From the NCBI GenBank assembly GCA_000934665.2, contig JYFJ02001515.1, positions 1 to 64,000 of the forward strand: a DNA stretch of 64,000 nt, written 5' to 3'. Both the position numbers and the translations under genes were made by a program. Source of the DNA: Catajapyx aquilonaris (taxonomy: Eukaryota). Position 1 is the first letter of the stretch. Each line of letters begins with the position of its first letter. The notes under the pieces were generated by a model that saw only the letters and a list, made by a program, of their open reading frames with translations, did not search any database and was not told the DNA's origin. Positions 24,152 to 37,300 of the stretch are shown piece after piece.

Positions 24152-25657
24152 TTAGGATCGCACCGAGAAGCAACACAGAGAACTTTTGCTGACGGGTTTT
24201 TCCAGCATAACTCCTTCCTGGAGACTGCAGAGATTCACAGGATTCGACAGAAAGTCTGAGGCTATCTTCTCGAATAGCTCTCCTGCAATCGGCAACGGTC
24301 ATGATAACATGCAGCAAATAGTTACAAAAGCGAACTTGGCGATACTTACTGACATTTTCACCAGACTTGCTGGAGGTTTCCATCACTTCTGATTTGATCT
24401 CTGGAGAAAACGTAATCGCAGTCATTTTAAAATGAAATTATTTACCAGTTGGCCGACTTACCTTCGGCATAATCGGTAGTGGTGTGATAGTCGACTTTCC
24501 TCTTCTTGCGATCCCCTTCCAGGAGATCCTTCTTGGTTCCGCAGAGGTAGACCTTGCAGCTCTGGCATTGCAAAGACAAACAGCTCGTTATTTGATGATT
24601 TTGTCAAACTTTTCACACCATTGTCACATGAAACACCATCAAATCTAAGTCATATTGTTACAGTTATAATTGCCCAAAAGCAGACCAGTGCTGTGCAGGC
24701 ATTTTCCTAATAGAATGTAACGATGCAACGTGACTCATTTCCTGCCAGATAAGCGATTTATAATTACATGCAAGAAAGGAAGTCGTTTAACGAGCAGCAT
24801 CGTATGATGTCAGAGGAAATGCCGACCGTTTTTCCTGCACAATTGTTTCTTGCAGCATGCCAAACTTTGTCAATATTAAGAAAGCGTTTCACTCCGGAAG
24901 GGAAGCGATCTGAGCATATTTTATTACTGGCATTAATTTTCAAAAAATTGTCACCTGTGAAAGGTGATTAAAACCTGTACTAGATATCCTGATTAGACTT
25001 TCGTTGCACACACATGCAGATGCGAGGATATACCCGGTCGACCCATTGAGCTTGAGTAGCGTTATCTTAATCTTTTGATGGAGTTACAGATATTCCTTCC
25101 GATGTACGACTTCGGTGCAAACATCACGCGCGTTTTGTTTATGCTGCGTGACATCACAGGCCTTCAATCGTTACTTTCATTGTTGCGCAGTTACGTAGCT
25201 ATTAGTTCCTTACTGCGCGAACAAAGGTCAGAAATTAATAATTAAATTGAAACCGCACCTCCTCGCACTTCAAAAGCTCGTTGATCCAAAATTGCGCCTT
25301 CTCCCAACTGGAATCATCTGTGAGATCGTAGCACACCACAGCCGCCCTGGCCCCTCGGTAGTAGATGCGGCTCATGGCCTCGTACCGCTCGCTCCCTGCC
25401 GTATCCCATATCCCCATAACCACGGACCTCCCATTCGCATCCACCCGCTTCGCCGCAAACGCCGCTCCAATCGTCTGAAAAAACAAAAAAAAACAGACAT
25501 TTAACTACGTAAAAACTAAGCATCGTACTAGTTGCCATCGGTAATAACGCTTGCCATTTAGCGCAACACAAGTGCGATTAACGACACTGCAAAATGCAAG
25601 AAGACATTACAATTTTTGCACTTATCGGAATGTTCTGTTCTTTGCGTTTGCTTTGTG

Positions 25658-25720
<63 letters not shown>

Positions 25721-25793
25721 GTTCCGGTAGCACTTGTCGGAACGTTCTGTAACTAGTTACGACCATTAATTTTCTTGCATTGACAGTCTATGT

Positions 25794-25843
<50 letters not shown>

Positions 25844-25975
25844 TATTTATTAATTAATTACGTTCTGGTAGGAGTTTTCTCCGGTGAACCTGTCGTGCAG
25901 ATACCTCTCGACCAGACTAGTCTTTCCACCGTACTCCTTCCCCAGCAGAACAACTTTAAGGTCCACTTTGCTCAT
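24152..25975 (-). CDS. RAB24: Ras-related protein Rab24, 5 exons, 203 aa
   Basis: Exons 25975-25862, 25474-25259, 24561-24462, 24400-24350, 24282-24152. Rab24-diagnostic [48 protein letters not shown] (Ser at the usual Gln), LCGTKKD, ETSSKSG; ends CCFSVRS. Confidence 0.96.
25659..25719. repeat. (ATT)n microsatellite, ~20 units, Rab24 intron 1
   Basis: Uninterrupted ATT run. Confidence 0.95.
25795..25842. repeat. (TAT)n microsatellite, ~16 units, Rab24 intron 1
   Basis: Uninterrupted TAT run next to the exon 1 donor. Confidence 0.95.
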
Positions 25976-26519
25976 CCTTCGAGCCTCGTTGAAACCCTCG
26001 ACATGTAACCCCCAAAAAACTTATGGGGTGGGGAACAACAAAAAAATTAGTAAAATAAAATAATTAATAAAAAAAAAAGGAATGAACAAAGATGAGTCTG
26101 CAAACAGCTGAGCAGCAATCGAAAAATTTGAGGTTTGAGCCGACAGGTGGCTCTGGATCCGACATTTTTTTGTTCGCACCCGTTCGCACTGTGGATGGTT
26201 TAATGTAGTTTTAATGATTTATGTAGTTAAAATCGGTTTGTTTTATTTTATTAAATATGATGGGCGTGTATTGTTGGGTTTAAATTGCTTTTTATTGCTG
26301 GTCGTTGACTGATGGCGATTAGGTGCGTTCTGTTTCTGATACATGTTGCTTGCATGTTGCAATGTGCTGGTTGTTCCGTATTGTACTGTACTGTCAGCTC
26401 ATTTTTTTTTCATTTGTACAAGTACATCGTATGTACGAGTGTAATTACTGGCCTGTACATATCATTTGTGCCGGTGTTTGAAGCTGCTACTTGCCCACTA
26501 GCGAGTAACTAAACGCACC

Positions 26520-26600
26520 CATCAATATTGATGACGTCACTAAAATCCCATCCTCCTGATTGGCTTCCTGAACTCGTCGACTCCCAAGATGGCCGCCATT
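26520..26600. promoter_or_regulatory. Promoter-like motif cluster upstream of Rab24, possibly shared with the MGAT2 transcript
   Basis: TGACGTCA 26532-26539, CTGATTGG (reverse CCAAT) ~26556-26563 and CAAGATGGCCGCCATT (back-to-back YY1-like cores) 26585-26600, all within 80 bp. Confidence 0.5.
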
Positions 26601-29600
26601 CACCTGTCACCTATTTGTTACCTCAAAAAAAATTCAAATCGCACTAAACACATCTCATATAACTTGGGACTCCAAACGCTTTCATTTCCTCCCTAAAATA
26701 CATGTGTATGTCCCGCAGCTGGCAACCCGGGTTCTTCCTGCAGCCTCCTGTCAGTTTTTTTGGGCAGTTGTCTGGCCGTGTTCCCCGCCTCCTGCCGCCC
26801 CCTATGTGACTCCCCCCCATCCAGTAGGAGAGCCAGGCCAGAATCGCACCAGCCGTCGGAGTCGCAGCCTGTGTTATCCTTGGGAGAGTTGGTGGTGTCC
26901 CTTTGTATAAATCACGCGCATCCCCGAGATAATTATGCTCGAGTGGACTAGGGGCCGGTGACCCACACCACTGGGGGTGGACACTGCAGCATACCAACCA
27001 GTACTGCAGTAAAAGGACCAACAACACGAGGTATTGTGTGGCTATATATATAAAAAATAAAAATGAAGAGAGCATGCTTCACTAGAAAATATTGACTGGT
27101 CAAATTGGGTCACGTTTCATGGCAACGCGCGATTTTTTTCCGGTCATAAACCGCATGCATGGAGTTTTTGAAGCCGCCGTTTTTTTTTTTCCAGTTTACA
27201 TGTGGTTGCTGTGAGGTGGAACTGGGCATGTTTTTTTAAAATAGAAAAATTGGATCTCAAAGGCAATTTATGGGGGGACCGGATCTGGTTGGTTTATTAA
27301 ATATGGGGCAGTTATTTTGAGAGGTTTATGTGGCATTTTGGTAAATGTGGAAGTGTGTGTCTATAGACATAATCAGAGATTTTGCTTCGATGGCTCGATG
27401 GCAACAACTAAACAGTTAATAACAAAGAATAGTACAGTGGCTGCAGTGCATTGGTATGACCATAAAGCAATGGGACATGTAGAGTATAAATTGCAGTAGC
27501 ACCGTTACAGGTGTGTAGCAGGTTCAGCTGTGTACAACCAGTTCTAAACGTGCCGGGTACTTTTCTCCTTGAACTGTAACATTGGAATCCTGATGGTCAT
27601 ATGATACTCATCATGGTATGATCATGTAACTAGCAGTGTGGGATTTTTCAAAGAAGGCAGTGAATAGCAAGTGCACAATTTAATGGCTGCCAATGTGTTG
27701 TAAAAGGCTAATTAACGCAGGCTTATCTCTTCCCCAGCTTGGTATAGTGTGTGATAATGTGCAATGGCCCAGATTTTGTATGGGAAAATATTCAGCACAG
27801 TTTTTTTTTTTTTGCATATCTGTATTCAGGTGCCCAAAAATCTGGGGTAATTCATGAGGAACCGACCAGAAAGAAGAGGGGCGTCTGCAACAAAAACCTG
27901 ACCTGCTTACTACTAACTGCAGAGTAAATTGTTAGTCCAACCCAATCACAACATCTTTACTAGTGAACGGAGGTGTTGAGGAATTGAAACTGACCAGACC
28001 ACTTGAGCTGAGAGAAAATGGTCACTAGGAAACTAGTTAGGTTTCTTTTTGGTGAAGGAGGGGCTGAGGATGGATGGAGGAGACAAATAATTCCGATGGA
28101 GTTAGATGAAAGGGAAATTGGCTCCCATTGAAACCTCTTTTTTTTTTTACAGTCCTACACACAAAAGAACAGGAGCTCGACCTCCCCCTTTTTTTTCGCA
28201 GAGGGCAATAGTAAAGGATAGGTCTGAAAATAAAGAATCCCAAAGGGAGTTAAGATCCGATTGGATTGGGACCTGATGATATTCCCAATAGCGTTTAAAA
28301 TGCTATTCAACTTAAAAAGGCATTGCATTGAGTGGCCCCGGAATTACAGGAACCGCTGTATGATATTACATTTTTTGTGCATGCGAGTAGGGCTTTTAAT
28401 AAAAGTCCTGCAAGAAATTGGATTTCACCTGAATCATTGCATATATGTCAGTCGTAGGTTATGAAGATAAGGCGGAAACCTTTCCACTGTAAAATATGGC
28501 CAGGCTTTTTAGGTAGTGACCCATAAAATGTTATCCTCTTTTGTCTATACTCCTTGCTGGGAGGGATAATTAGAGCGTGCATTATAGATCAATTCTGGCC
28601 CCTTTTGTATAAAATACCAAGCTTCTTTTTTAGGATACATTACATAATATGCACTCTATGCTAATGAAACCATTTTTTTTTACCTAACTTATTAGTGACC
28701 CTGAAAAAAATATTATGAATTGTAGGTGGGGATAAGGGTTGGCTTTTAACCAATTTCAGGTTATACATATAAAATAGGAGGGTGTGTGCAGCAGGAAGAG
28801 GTTGGGAGGGGGGAGGCTATGGGAACCTAATCTTCATAAAGGACAAGATAATGATCCTTTCCCGGTACCCCCCCTCGTTGTGGCATATTGCCAGGAAGGA
28901 ATCCTAGAGACTGCTTCGAAAGAGACACATTAGGTAATCAGGACTTGCGAAAAAGCCACATCTTATTATTTCAGATGGCACATTTTTGCCTGGAGGAGCC
29001 AAAAAAAAATGCATGAGAAATTTTTTTAAAAATGTGATTGACGTATAAATCAAGAGAAGAAAAAAATTTCGTCACGAAATTAGGATTGTTGCTGTAACCA
29101 TTGTTTTTTATTTTAGTCCGCAGCTTTCTCTGCGAATTTTGGCTTGTTTAGCCCGAAAGTAGTTAGCTCCTACTCTAATTCTAGAGGTTTGGAGGGGGAT
29201 CTATAGATAGGCATTACAGCTCTTACATCCGGTGCTTTTTTGTCACCCGAGGTCGATATCGGAGTTTGTTGGATTAAAAAAAAAATTGGGAAGGAGATAA
29301 TGAAAATCGATAAGTCGCAATCGAACTGTGTAAGCGCATTAAAGGAGGAATCGCAAAATTTCCTGCGAGTTTCGTGCAATTGCAAATCTGGAGGATTATT
29401 TATTTAAAAAACCTTTTTCTTGTGCTATTCCGATACTTGAGACTTTTGCGACCTTTTAACTTCTATAGCAGTCTTTTTTATTATTATTTGGCTTCAGGCT
29501 TTACAAGTGTCGTCTGGAGACATATTCGTTTCGTCTTCATTGCGACCCAATCTTTTTCTCGTGTAACAGCATCTGGAACCTGATTTTTTCCCCCACCTCC

Positions 29601-32600
29601 AGACTCTTTTTTGTACAACTTTTTCCACCATGAATCACTTGAGATGTGGCAGAAAACAAATATGCAGCTTAGCAAAAAAAAAAGCTCGAGAGGATACGTG
29701 CACTGTGCATATAATTGCATCGATCTTTGTACAGGTGTTGCTGGAGAAAAGAGATAGACCAATTTTTTTTCTCTCCTGGAGACAATGAGGAAGAGTCCTT
29801 CATTGTCCTGGAAATCGCTGGAGGAAATGAAGGGGGGGGGTGAGATGAGGAACAATGGTTGGTGCGGCCGGGGCATTTTCTATTCATACGTGTCTGTTTA
29901 CATATTCATGGGGGACGGTAGGGGAAAATGGAAGGAAGAAGTAGAGGGTAGTTAAAGCATGAGTATGTGCCTCCCACGTATTTAATGCTTCAGCAGGTGT
30001 GTGTTTTTGCGTGTAATTGACCTATCCTGGACTTTTCTCTCTCTCTCATTCCCGTTGCGTTGTAGCAATTTTTTGTTTCTTAACATGATGGGAAGGTGAG
30101 GTTCGTGTTTACAGTTTTTGCAGAGTTCGTGCCAAGGGGTTTTGTACTTGCAATGTGCACATTGTAGAGGACAACTATGTGTAGAGGATTTTCTGGGGCT
30201 CTTGATGGGACTGTCCCGAATTAATGTTTAACATTGACACGGGTGCAAACAACAGCGCGTGTTTCCCGATAACAGGTTACGGATGTCATAACACGCAGTG
30301 TCAATTTGCTTTCTGCAGAGAGGATGAAAACAAGTCCATGGCTTTGTAATTAAAGTATGATTGAATGTTTGAGTAACTATGGTGTGAATCTGGAGCCCCC
30401 AACATATAGAGCCAGATGGTGCCACCCAAAAGCATTTTTTATTAGCTGTCCTATGGTATAACAGTTTGTCACCTGGCCGCACGCTACACTTTCACAATAG
30501 TAGTGGTGACACCAAATATGGTGTGACATGAGCCGGTTAATGTTTAAACCATCATGCAATCTAGACGCGGCGAAAAAATTGCACAACTTCCGAGTAAGAC
30601 TTAACAAGAAATTAATAGGATTATCCGTTAATTTCTTATCAAGTCATCATCGAAAGTTCCCATTGCTCTTTTTGTAAATTTTTTACATCTTTTTACAAAT
30701 TTAAATCGCAGAACTTAATTAGGCACTCATTAATACTGCAATTTTCACGCATTATTTAAATGGCATACCAACTTTGCGTATTTTAGGCCAACTTTCTAAG
30801 TTTTGAGTGCTACAACTTTTCTGGACTTGATGGTTTTGTTTACACAACTTGCTGGGGTAAACAAATCATAACTTTTCCCCTGTCCCGTTTGAAGTGGAGA
30901 CTTCTATACATAAGAGTATTACAATGACTAGTTGTATAGTCATGATAACTATTATAGTGGTTCAACACACTTTTTTATAGCGCATAAAAAAAGTGTCTTT
31001 ACGAGAGGCTAACAGCTGCACACATGATTTGAGATTTTTGAATAATCAAAATCCAGGTCTGTTCTGGAGGGGAAAATTTTTTATTCAAGGCCTATCCGTC
31101 GTGGAAAGGTGTCAGAATTAATCATAGCCCGTTGTCACCTCATTCATTGAGACGGTTCGACGTCATCTGAACGAGCAATGAAAATAGTTTTTATGACAAT
31201 TCCAGCGCCACTTTCATCAGTGTAAAACTCGGTGGAGAGACACGAAGTATTTATTGCTTACAAAACTTTTAATTCTCCACAAAATATCTTTTGGCTGGTT
31301 GAGCCCGCAGAAACTTCTTGATGTGTCATTTTCCGGACCATTTTCCACAGGAAAAAAAAGAGAAGTTTTGCAGATTTCACCTGGAGCTAATAATAATGTG
31401 CCACAATCCTCTTTGGTTATGCAACCCACGGTTCCTATTGTGTGTGTGGCTGGTTTTCTGGGAGGGAGATTTCGCCTGCTGAAAAGCCAAGCTGGGGGAA
31501 TCCAACATTGCACTCTCCGGAAATGGCGTGTTTTTTGGGGGGAAGGCCCCCGTAAGGAATAAGACGGAAAGAAAAAGACACGCTTTTTTTTCGCATTTTT
31601 ATCCCCTTTCCCCCCGAAGTCTCCATGGAACTTCCTGTTTGCCTTGCTCCCAAGTGATTAGGAATCGAAGGGGTTTTCTCCAGGGCTCTATCGATCAGGT
31701 CGGCCCCCAGACGCCATCTATACCCGAGCATACACTTTTATACCCAAGCTGTAAGGCGTCACTTTAGAGCCAATTCATGCCCCTAAAAATGCTTGCGGGC
31801 TGACTTACAAAAATTTTGTGCGAAAAAAATATGGCAGGCCCCGGATTTTTTAATTGGATAGATTTAATTAGTTGCCATGCACCACATCTTTGGTCGCTTT
31901 TTTTTTTTTTTGGCAGAGCAGAAGACCGTAAACATACGCCCACCGTGGCAATATTATGCCGCAACTTTTAAAGCCGGATTATTTCCACCTGTCAGTCAAG
32001 TCAGGGTATGGAAAAAAAAGTGCCAGGTTTAACCAGAGTTTTTATTCAGCGGGGACCGCTAATTTTTAAGGGCATTAAATCTAGAGCGAATTGATGAATG
32101 GAATTAAAGCGTGACAACTTGTCAAGCGTGGAGTGTGCAACAATGTAAAGTTCTTCATTTTTATCGGTTGGTTTTTTTTATATTCACACCCGAATTTTTT
32201 TATAAAAAAAAAGTGTGGAGGGGGGCCAACATAATGATATGCACTTGCTGGAGGTTGGGTCGATTTGGCTCGTGTCCAGGAATGATGACATCCTGGACCC
32301 TGTCAGGACACAATAGCAAACGCATTACCTTCAATTGAAAGGATGGGGGGATAATAATTAATCCGGTGTCGAAAAAATGAGAGTTACGGTTTGAATTGGA
32401 CGTGTGATGAAATTGGCGAATTTTTGTGGAGTGCTGGATCGAACTTAGCTATATCTCATTCTGGTGGCATTTAGCTGGAAAAATGGCTCCAATATTAGTT
32501 GAGAGGGTGGGTGATGAGTGACGTGTAGATTGGGCTTCTTTCCAATTTCAGAGCAGCTTTTTTTTTTCTTGCACAGGAATTTTCCTTGAGAAAATCGCGA

Positions 32601-34248
32601 GCCGTTTATTGATTCATCTCAGTGACGACTTGGCTTTTTCTTTTCGCCAAAAAAAAAGAGAGGAACCAATCCTGTCTCATCGCCACTGCTATTGTTGCCT
32701 TTTTATAAACCCAACTTTATCCGGGGCATCCTCTACCAGCTTTTCTCTCGCAGGGATTAAAACGCGGGCTCTATTAGAGTCGAGATAGATCAATTCTGCG
32801 CCGATCAATTTGGATCAAATGGAGTTGAAGACTGCGCTAATTGCTTTCCATCGGATCGAAAATACCGGGGCGCTCCGGATAGGAAAAAAAAACATGGGCA
32901 TGTTTCTAAAGCAAACATTACCCGGATTCATACTGGTTGGCCTTGGGTATTGTTTGGCAAGTACCGGATTATTTATACTCCCTATAATGCAATGTGCTGT
33001 CTCGGTGAAGGTCGTGCTCTGTTATAGTGTCACTGACACAAAAAGTATGATCTTCCGGCCTCGAATCTGCAAGTCAGATATTCATGCGAAAAAAAAAATA
33101 CTGGATCAGTCCGGATTTGACAGGTAGCATCCCCATAAGGTTTAAAACATCCAGAAATCTTTCTGACGTGTGTCCCTGGCTAACTTGGCCGGCTATAAAA
33201 GCGAAAGTCGGTATGGAAATAGTACTTCTAAATGAAGGAGTTGGCCTGCATTCCGGGTGACACTCTGTATAACAAATGGTTGGCCATCTGACATATACAG
33301 TCTGATTCAGAGAGTCCTTTCAGACGGACTCAAAGGAACTGTTTTAGAAGCGTTTAGATTCTGGAGCATGGATGTGGAGCACTTAAAAAATAATGTGATT
33401 GAAAATTTGGTGTGTATACAGGCAACAATAATAAGTAACAAACAATTGGAAAAACCTTGTATTATTCTATACGCATGCGGATGTATGTTTCAGCTGGTAC
33501 ACTCGACGTGACATACATAATCTTTGTGTGCCCTTATCCAAAACATGAACTGCCCTTCCGCTCGTGGCAACTGCTCGTCCACTGATCCAGAAATCACAGC
33601 ACGTAACATAGCAATAAGGAAAATGAAATATTACACACAACAAACAGTATCGCGGCTCATTGATCACCCAACCGTTGCATTAATTTGCGCTAATTACCTA
33701 AAACGGACAGTTCTCTCGACGCAATGAACGACGAGGCTTATACAGAAAATACCCTTACACCTTTTGCGAAGTGATAAATCTACTGACAAAAGGCAGAATT
33801 TGTGTGTGTTTCCCTCAGGCGTATACGACCTGCAATTAAACCAGAGTTATTGGCAAAAAGCAATATTCATATGTCCATAATTGCTTTTTTCCCCTCTCTT
33901 TCAATTGCACCAAAAGTGCGCACAATACCCTTTGGCAGAAATGAACTTTTATATATGAAAAGATCCAATTACGAGCGAATTATGAACGGAATAATTGCAC
34001 CAACCGAGCTGGAAAATGTTATTGAGCTATTGAATTGCAGTTCTCTTTGGGAACGGATTTTATGCATCACCTTGTATCCCAGCAGTGCACTTATTTCAGA
34101 ACAATGACCAAACATTTTTGGGCCAGATCCAAAGAGAACTGCATAGTGTATGTACAGGTTGAGCACAAAGTGTGTAAATGTATATGTTCTCTTTGAAACC
34201 AGTTTTTTTTTCATCTTATTCTTCATATCCTGTTGTCTTCTTGTCCAG

Positions 34249-34352
34249 CAGGCCATGAGAGGATTTTCAGAGGCTGCAGCTTCCGGATGGAGTCTTCCGT
34301 GTCTTCTGCGGCCTCCGATCCTTCTGCTCGGATGGACTTATATCATGCTAAG
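34249..34352 (+). other. Candidate 5' UTR exon of MGAT2 containing an upstream ATG (34255)
   Basis: Long polypyrimidine tract ending CCAG|CAG, consensus donor AAG|GTAAGT at 34352/34353; lies in the long region upstream of the MGAT2 coding exons. Linkage to MGAT2 is inferred. Confidence 0.45.
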
Positions 34353-37300
34353 GTAAGTGGAAAACTCACCTGAACGTTGCTTCCCACGATGGTTCGTTGC
34401 CTGACGCACTCAAGGCCCTAGCTCATGCGAAAAAAAACATACCCAGAGTTTTGCGAAAAAAAAAATATATGTGGCTCGATTTGTACAAGCCTTTTTATTT
34501 GAGAGCTTCCGACTTTTTTTTTTTGGGGACGGGTTTGTGTTATTTATAAAGCGGCTTTGTGGACTGTGAGAGAGGCCTGGGCTTGCAGTGCAAATGATGC
34601 TTGCTTAAGAGCTGATATATCCCTCGGAATCGACCAGTTTGCCTCTAAAAGTAGACCTGCAATTGAAGTGTGCTGGTCCCGATTTTTTTGCGTGCAAATC
34701 AGGGGCTGCAATTAATCGGAATGGGATCCCCCCACCAACACAATCAACGCCTAATCAAGCTCGGAGTGTTCCAGAGCCCTTTTTCTACAACAATGCATTC
34801 ATTATGCACTTTTTTTGGGTGGGGGGGGGGGGGGGGGGNGAAAATTCATGCTAGATGACAATAGCATAAGTCGTCTGTTTTTTTCCTCTCGGGTGTCATC
34901 CACGCGCCTTTCTGTCACACTTCCACAACATTGTTCGTTTTTTCTCTCTCTCTCTCCCCCAATCGAGCACCCAGGAAACGTGCGTTGGGACACAAATGGC
35001 AGAACTTTTGTTGGAGACTGGGAACTAGATATGGCGGATATGTGTTTTTTTTCCACCCCGGGACGTCTGGATCGATTGTCACATTTGCCAGTCGGATGTA
35101 GTTTGCTGGGGGGTATATACGTGCATCATGAGAGTCGACGTGCATGCCGATAAAATATGCTAGGCACGTGGATGCGATGTCAGGTAAAATAATTATGGCG
35201 TCCCTCCTGGTTTGATGGGACGGACGTGATTCAGGTGGGGGGAGGGGCAAAGCCAAAAAAAATCTGCACATTTCCGCTTTTTTTGGGATGGCAGCAGCAA
35301 ATGGCTGGAAAATTTCAGCTTGATGGCATGAATTTTTTTTTACCTCCGTTTCGAGTCCTAAAAGAAACCTGTTGGAATCTTTCGAGGTGGATGGTTCCTT
35401 TTTTCCGTCCGATTGCCGCCCCCTTCCTTTTTTTTTCTTCTTCTCCTTCTTCAATTCGCAATTGGCTGCAGCAGCGATTTTCTCTCAGGGTCTCTTCCCT
35501 TGCTGCCAAATGGAAGCTGTGCCTTTGCCTTGCCACACTTGCCGGAGCGGAAGGCAATCCATTTAACTCCTAATAGAGTTGTGATTGTAAACTTCGGAGA
35601 GCTTGCCAAGACGGAATTTTAATGACGAGCAAGCAACTAGATTTGAAAACCGGGACATAATGATTATCGGAAGGGAGAGAGAGGGAAAAAAAGGGTCTAC
35701 CTCTGATGCATTTCAGATTATTCGAGACAGCTTGGTATGCAGCATTGGGAGAATTTAACGTTCAATTTTTTTTCTGTGTGTGTGTGCAGAATTTTACGGT
35801 AATTTCTGCCCGCCTTTTCAATGCTTTTTAACGAACCACCTCCGGCCTAGTGTTCCTGCTTTGCCAATTTTTCGCATCCGTTTTTCTGGCCATGTAGTCA
35901 CGGATATATAGGCTTTTCTTTTTTTTAAAAAAAAAAAAAAGTTGCCCAATATTTAAATAAAACTGGCCGGTTTATATGGCAGCTCATCTAGGTCGGCCAC
36001 GTCTCGAATACAATGCCTGCCTTACTTAACAATAGTGCGATTAACTACAGGATGAATTTAGATTGTACCGAGTTCAACAATGATAATGTTTTAGTCATAA
36101 AGCCATCGTATACTATCTATTCTGCGTCAAATAACTCGTTGCTGAAACAATGCTGGTGAAGAATTTTAGAGGAGTTTGATCCCGGGTGATGTGTCATATA
36201 TGATGTAGGCATTTATTTTTTAAATATTTGTTAACCCTAATGGCTTAGTACTGTATCAACATATTCGTCAAAGTCAGGTGTCTCGAATTCCAGGAATGAC
36301 TCAGAAACCTCGACAAACACACCTATCCTGCGGGCTGATTGCACACATTCACGCGACGAGTTACGCAATTTAATTGTCCCGAGTTTGACACCAATTGATT
36401 TTGTAAGCAAAGTACTACATGGAGCGGGTATATTCACCGAAGCAGAAAATGATTCGAGGAAAAGAGTGTTGGGTAACATCCTTCAGGCACCTTTTCAAAA
36501 CGGGGCCATAGAAAGGGTTATATCAATGAGCCTTAGGCAATAACCCTCCTGCTGGCAAAGGTCAAATTTAGGCACATCATGTCATGACACAAACAAGAGT
36601 CCTACTTCCATAAGAAATCAATGCGTGCTCAAGGCCCAGTAGAGGACATCCCTAGGGGAGGAAAAAAAGAAGGTGCATCTTTGCATGGTAGATACACATT
36701 CCGAGTTGTTTCAAGGGGATATACGTAACTGTGCCTAATGACCACCGTCTGGAGGCTGACATTGATTGATGAGCATGCATGGAGTATGCGCAATATCGGG
36801 TCAGTGTGATGTCCTTCCAAATATATACAGTTGGGAAAGAAGGAACATGGGGCAGCAAATTGAATCTTTGTTAAGAGGCCCGATTCGAATGACGTCAGCT
36901 CGTCTGGTGCTGACCTTTTTCCTATCCTCTTGGAAATTGCATTTTGGTCTTAGCTGTAGAGCGAATCGATGCTTTGATATTTGATGGAGAATGTCATAAC
37001 GCTGTCGGCTCATCTTTGGGGGAAGTCCCACAGGAGGAGTCAAATGGAGCTTGGAAACAATGGTGGGCCTGCTGGGTTTAGGAACATTTAGAGCTGTTTG
37101 TTGCTGCCCTGGTGCTGTGTTTGGTGCAGTTCACTGGACTGTGTTATGTACTTACCTCGCTCTACTGTGTGTGTGTATGTGTACTGGAGTACAGAATGCA
37201 GGCACGTAAACAAAACCATTGGACCAATATATTTTGTATACGCTAAACCAACACATTTGTTAATCCATGATCAATAATGCAGGCGCAGCATTCCCCTAAC

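Noticed and set aside
25578..26008. Poly-Asn and poly-Ile ORFs
   Set aside because: Translations of intronic (ATT)n microsatellites.
27114..27126. RFX X-box-like GTTTCATGGCAAC
   Set aside because: Imperfect match, not tied to a known TSS or ciliary gene; similar half-sites occur elsewhere in the window.
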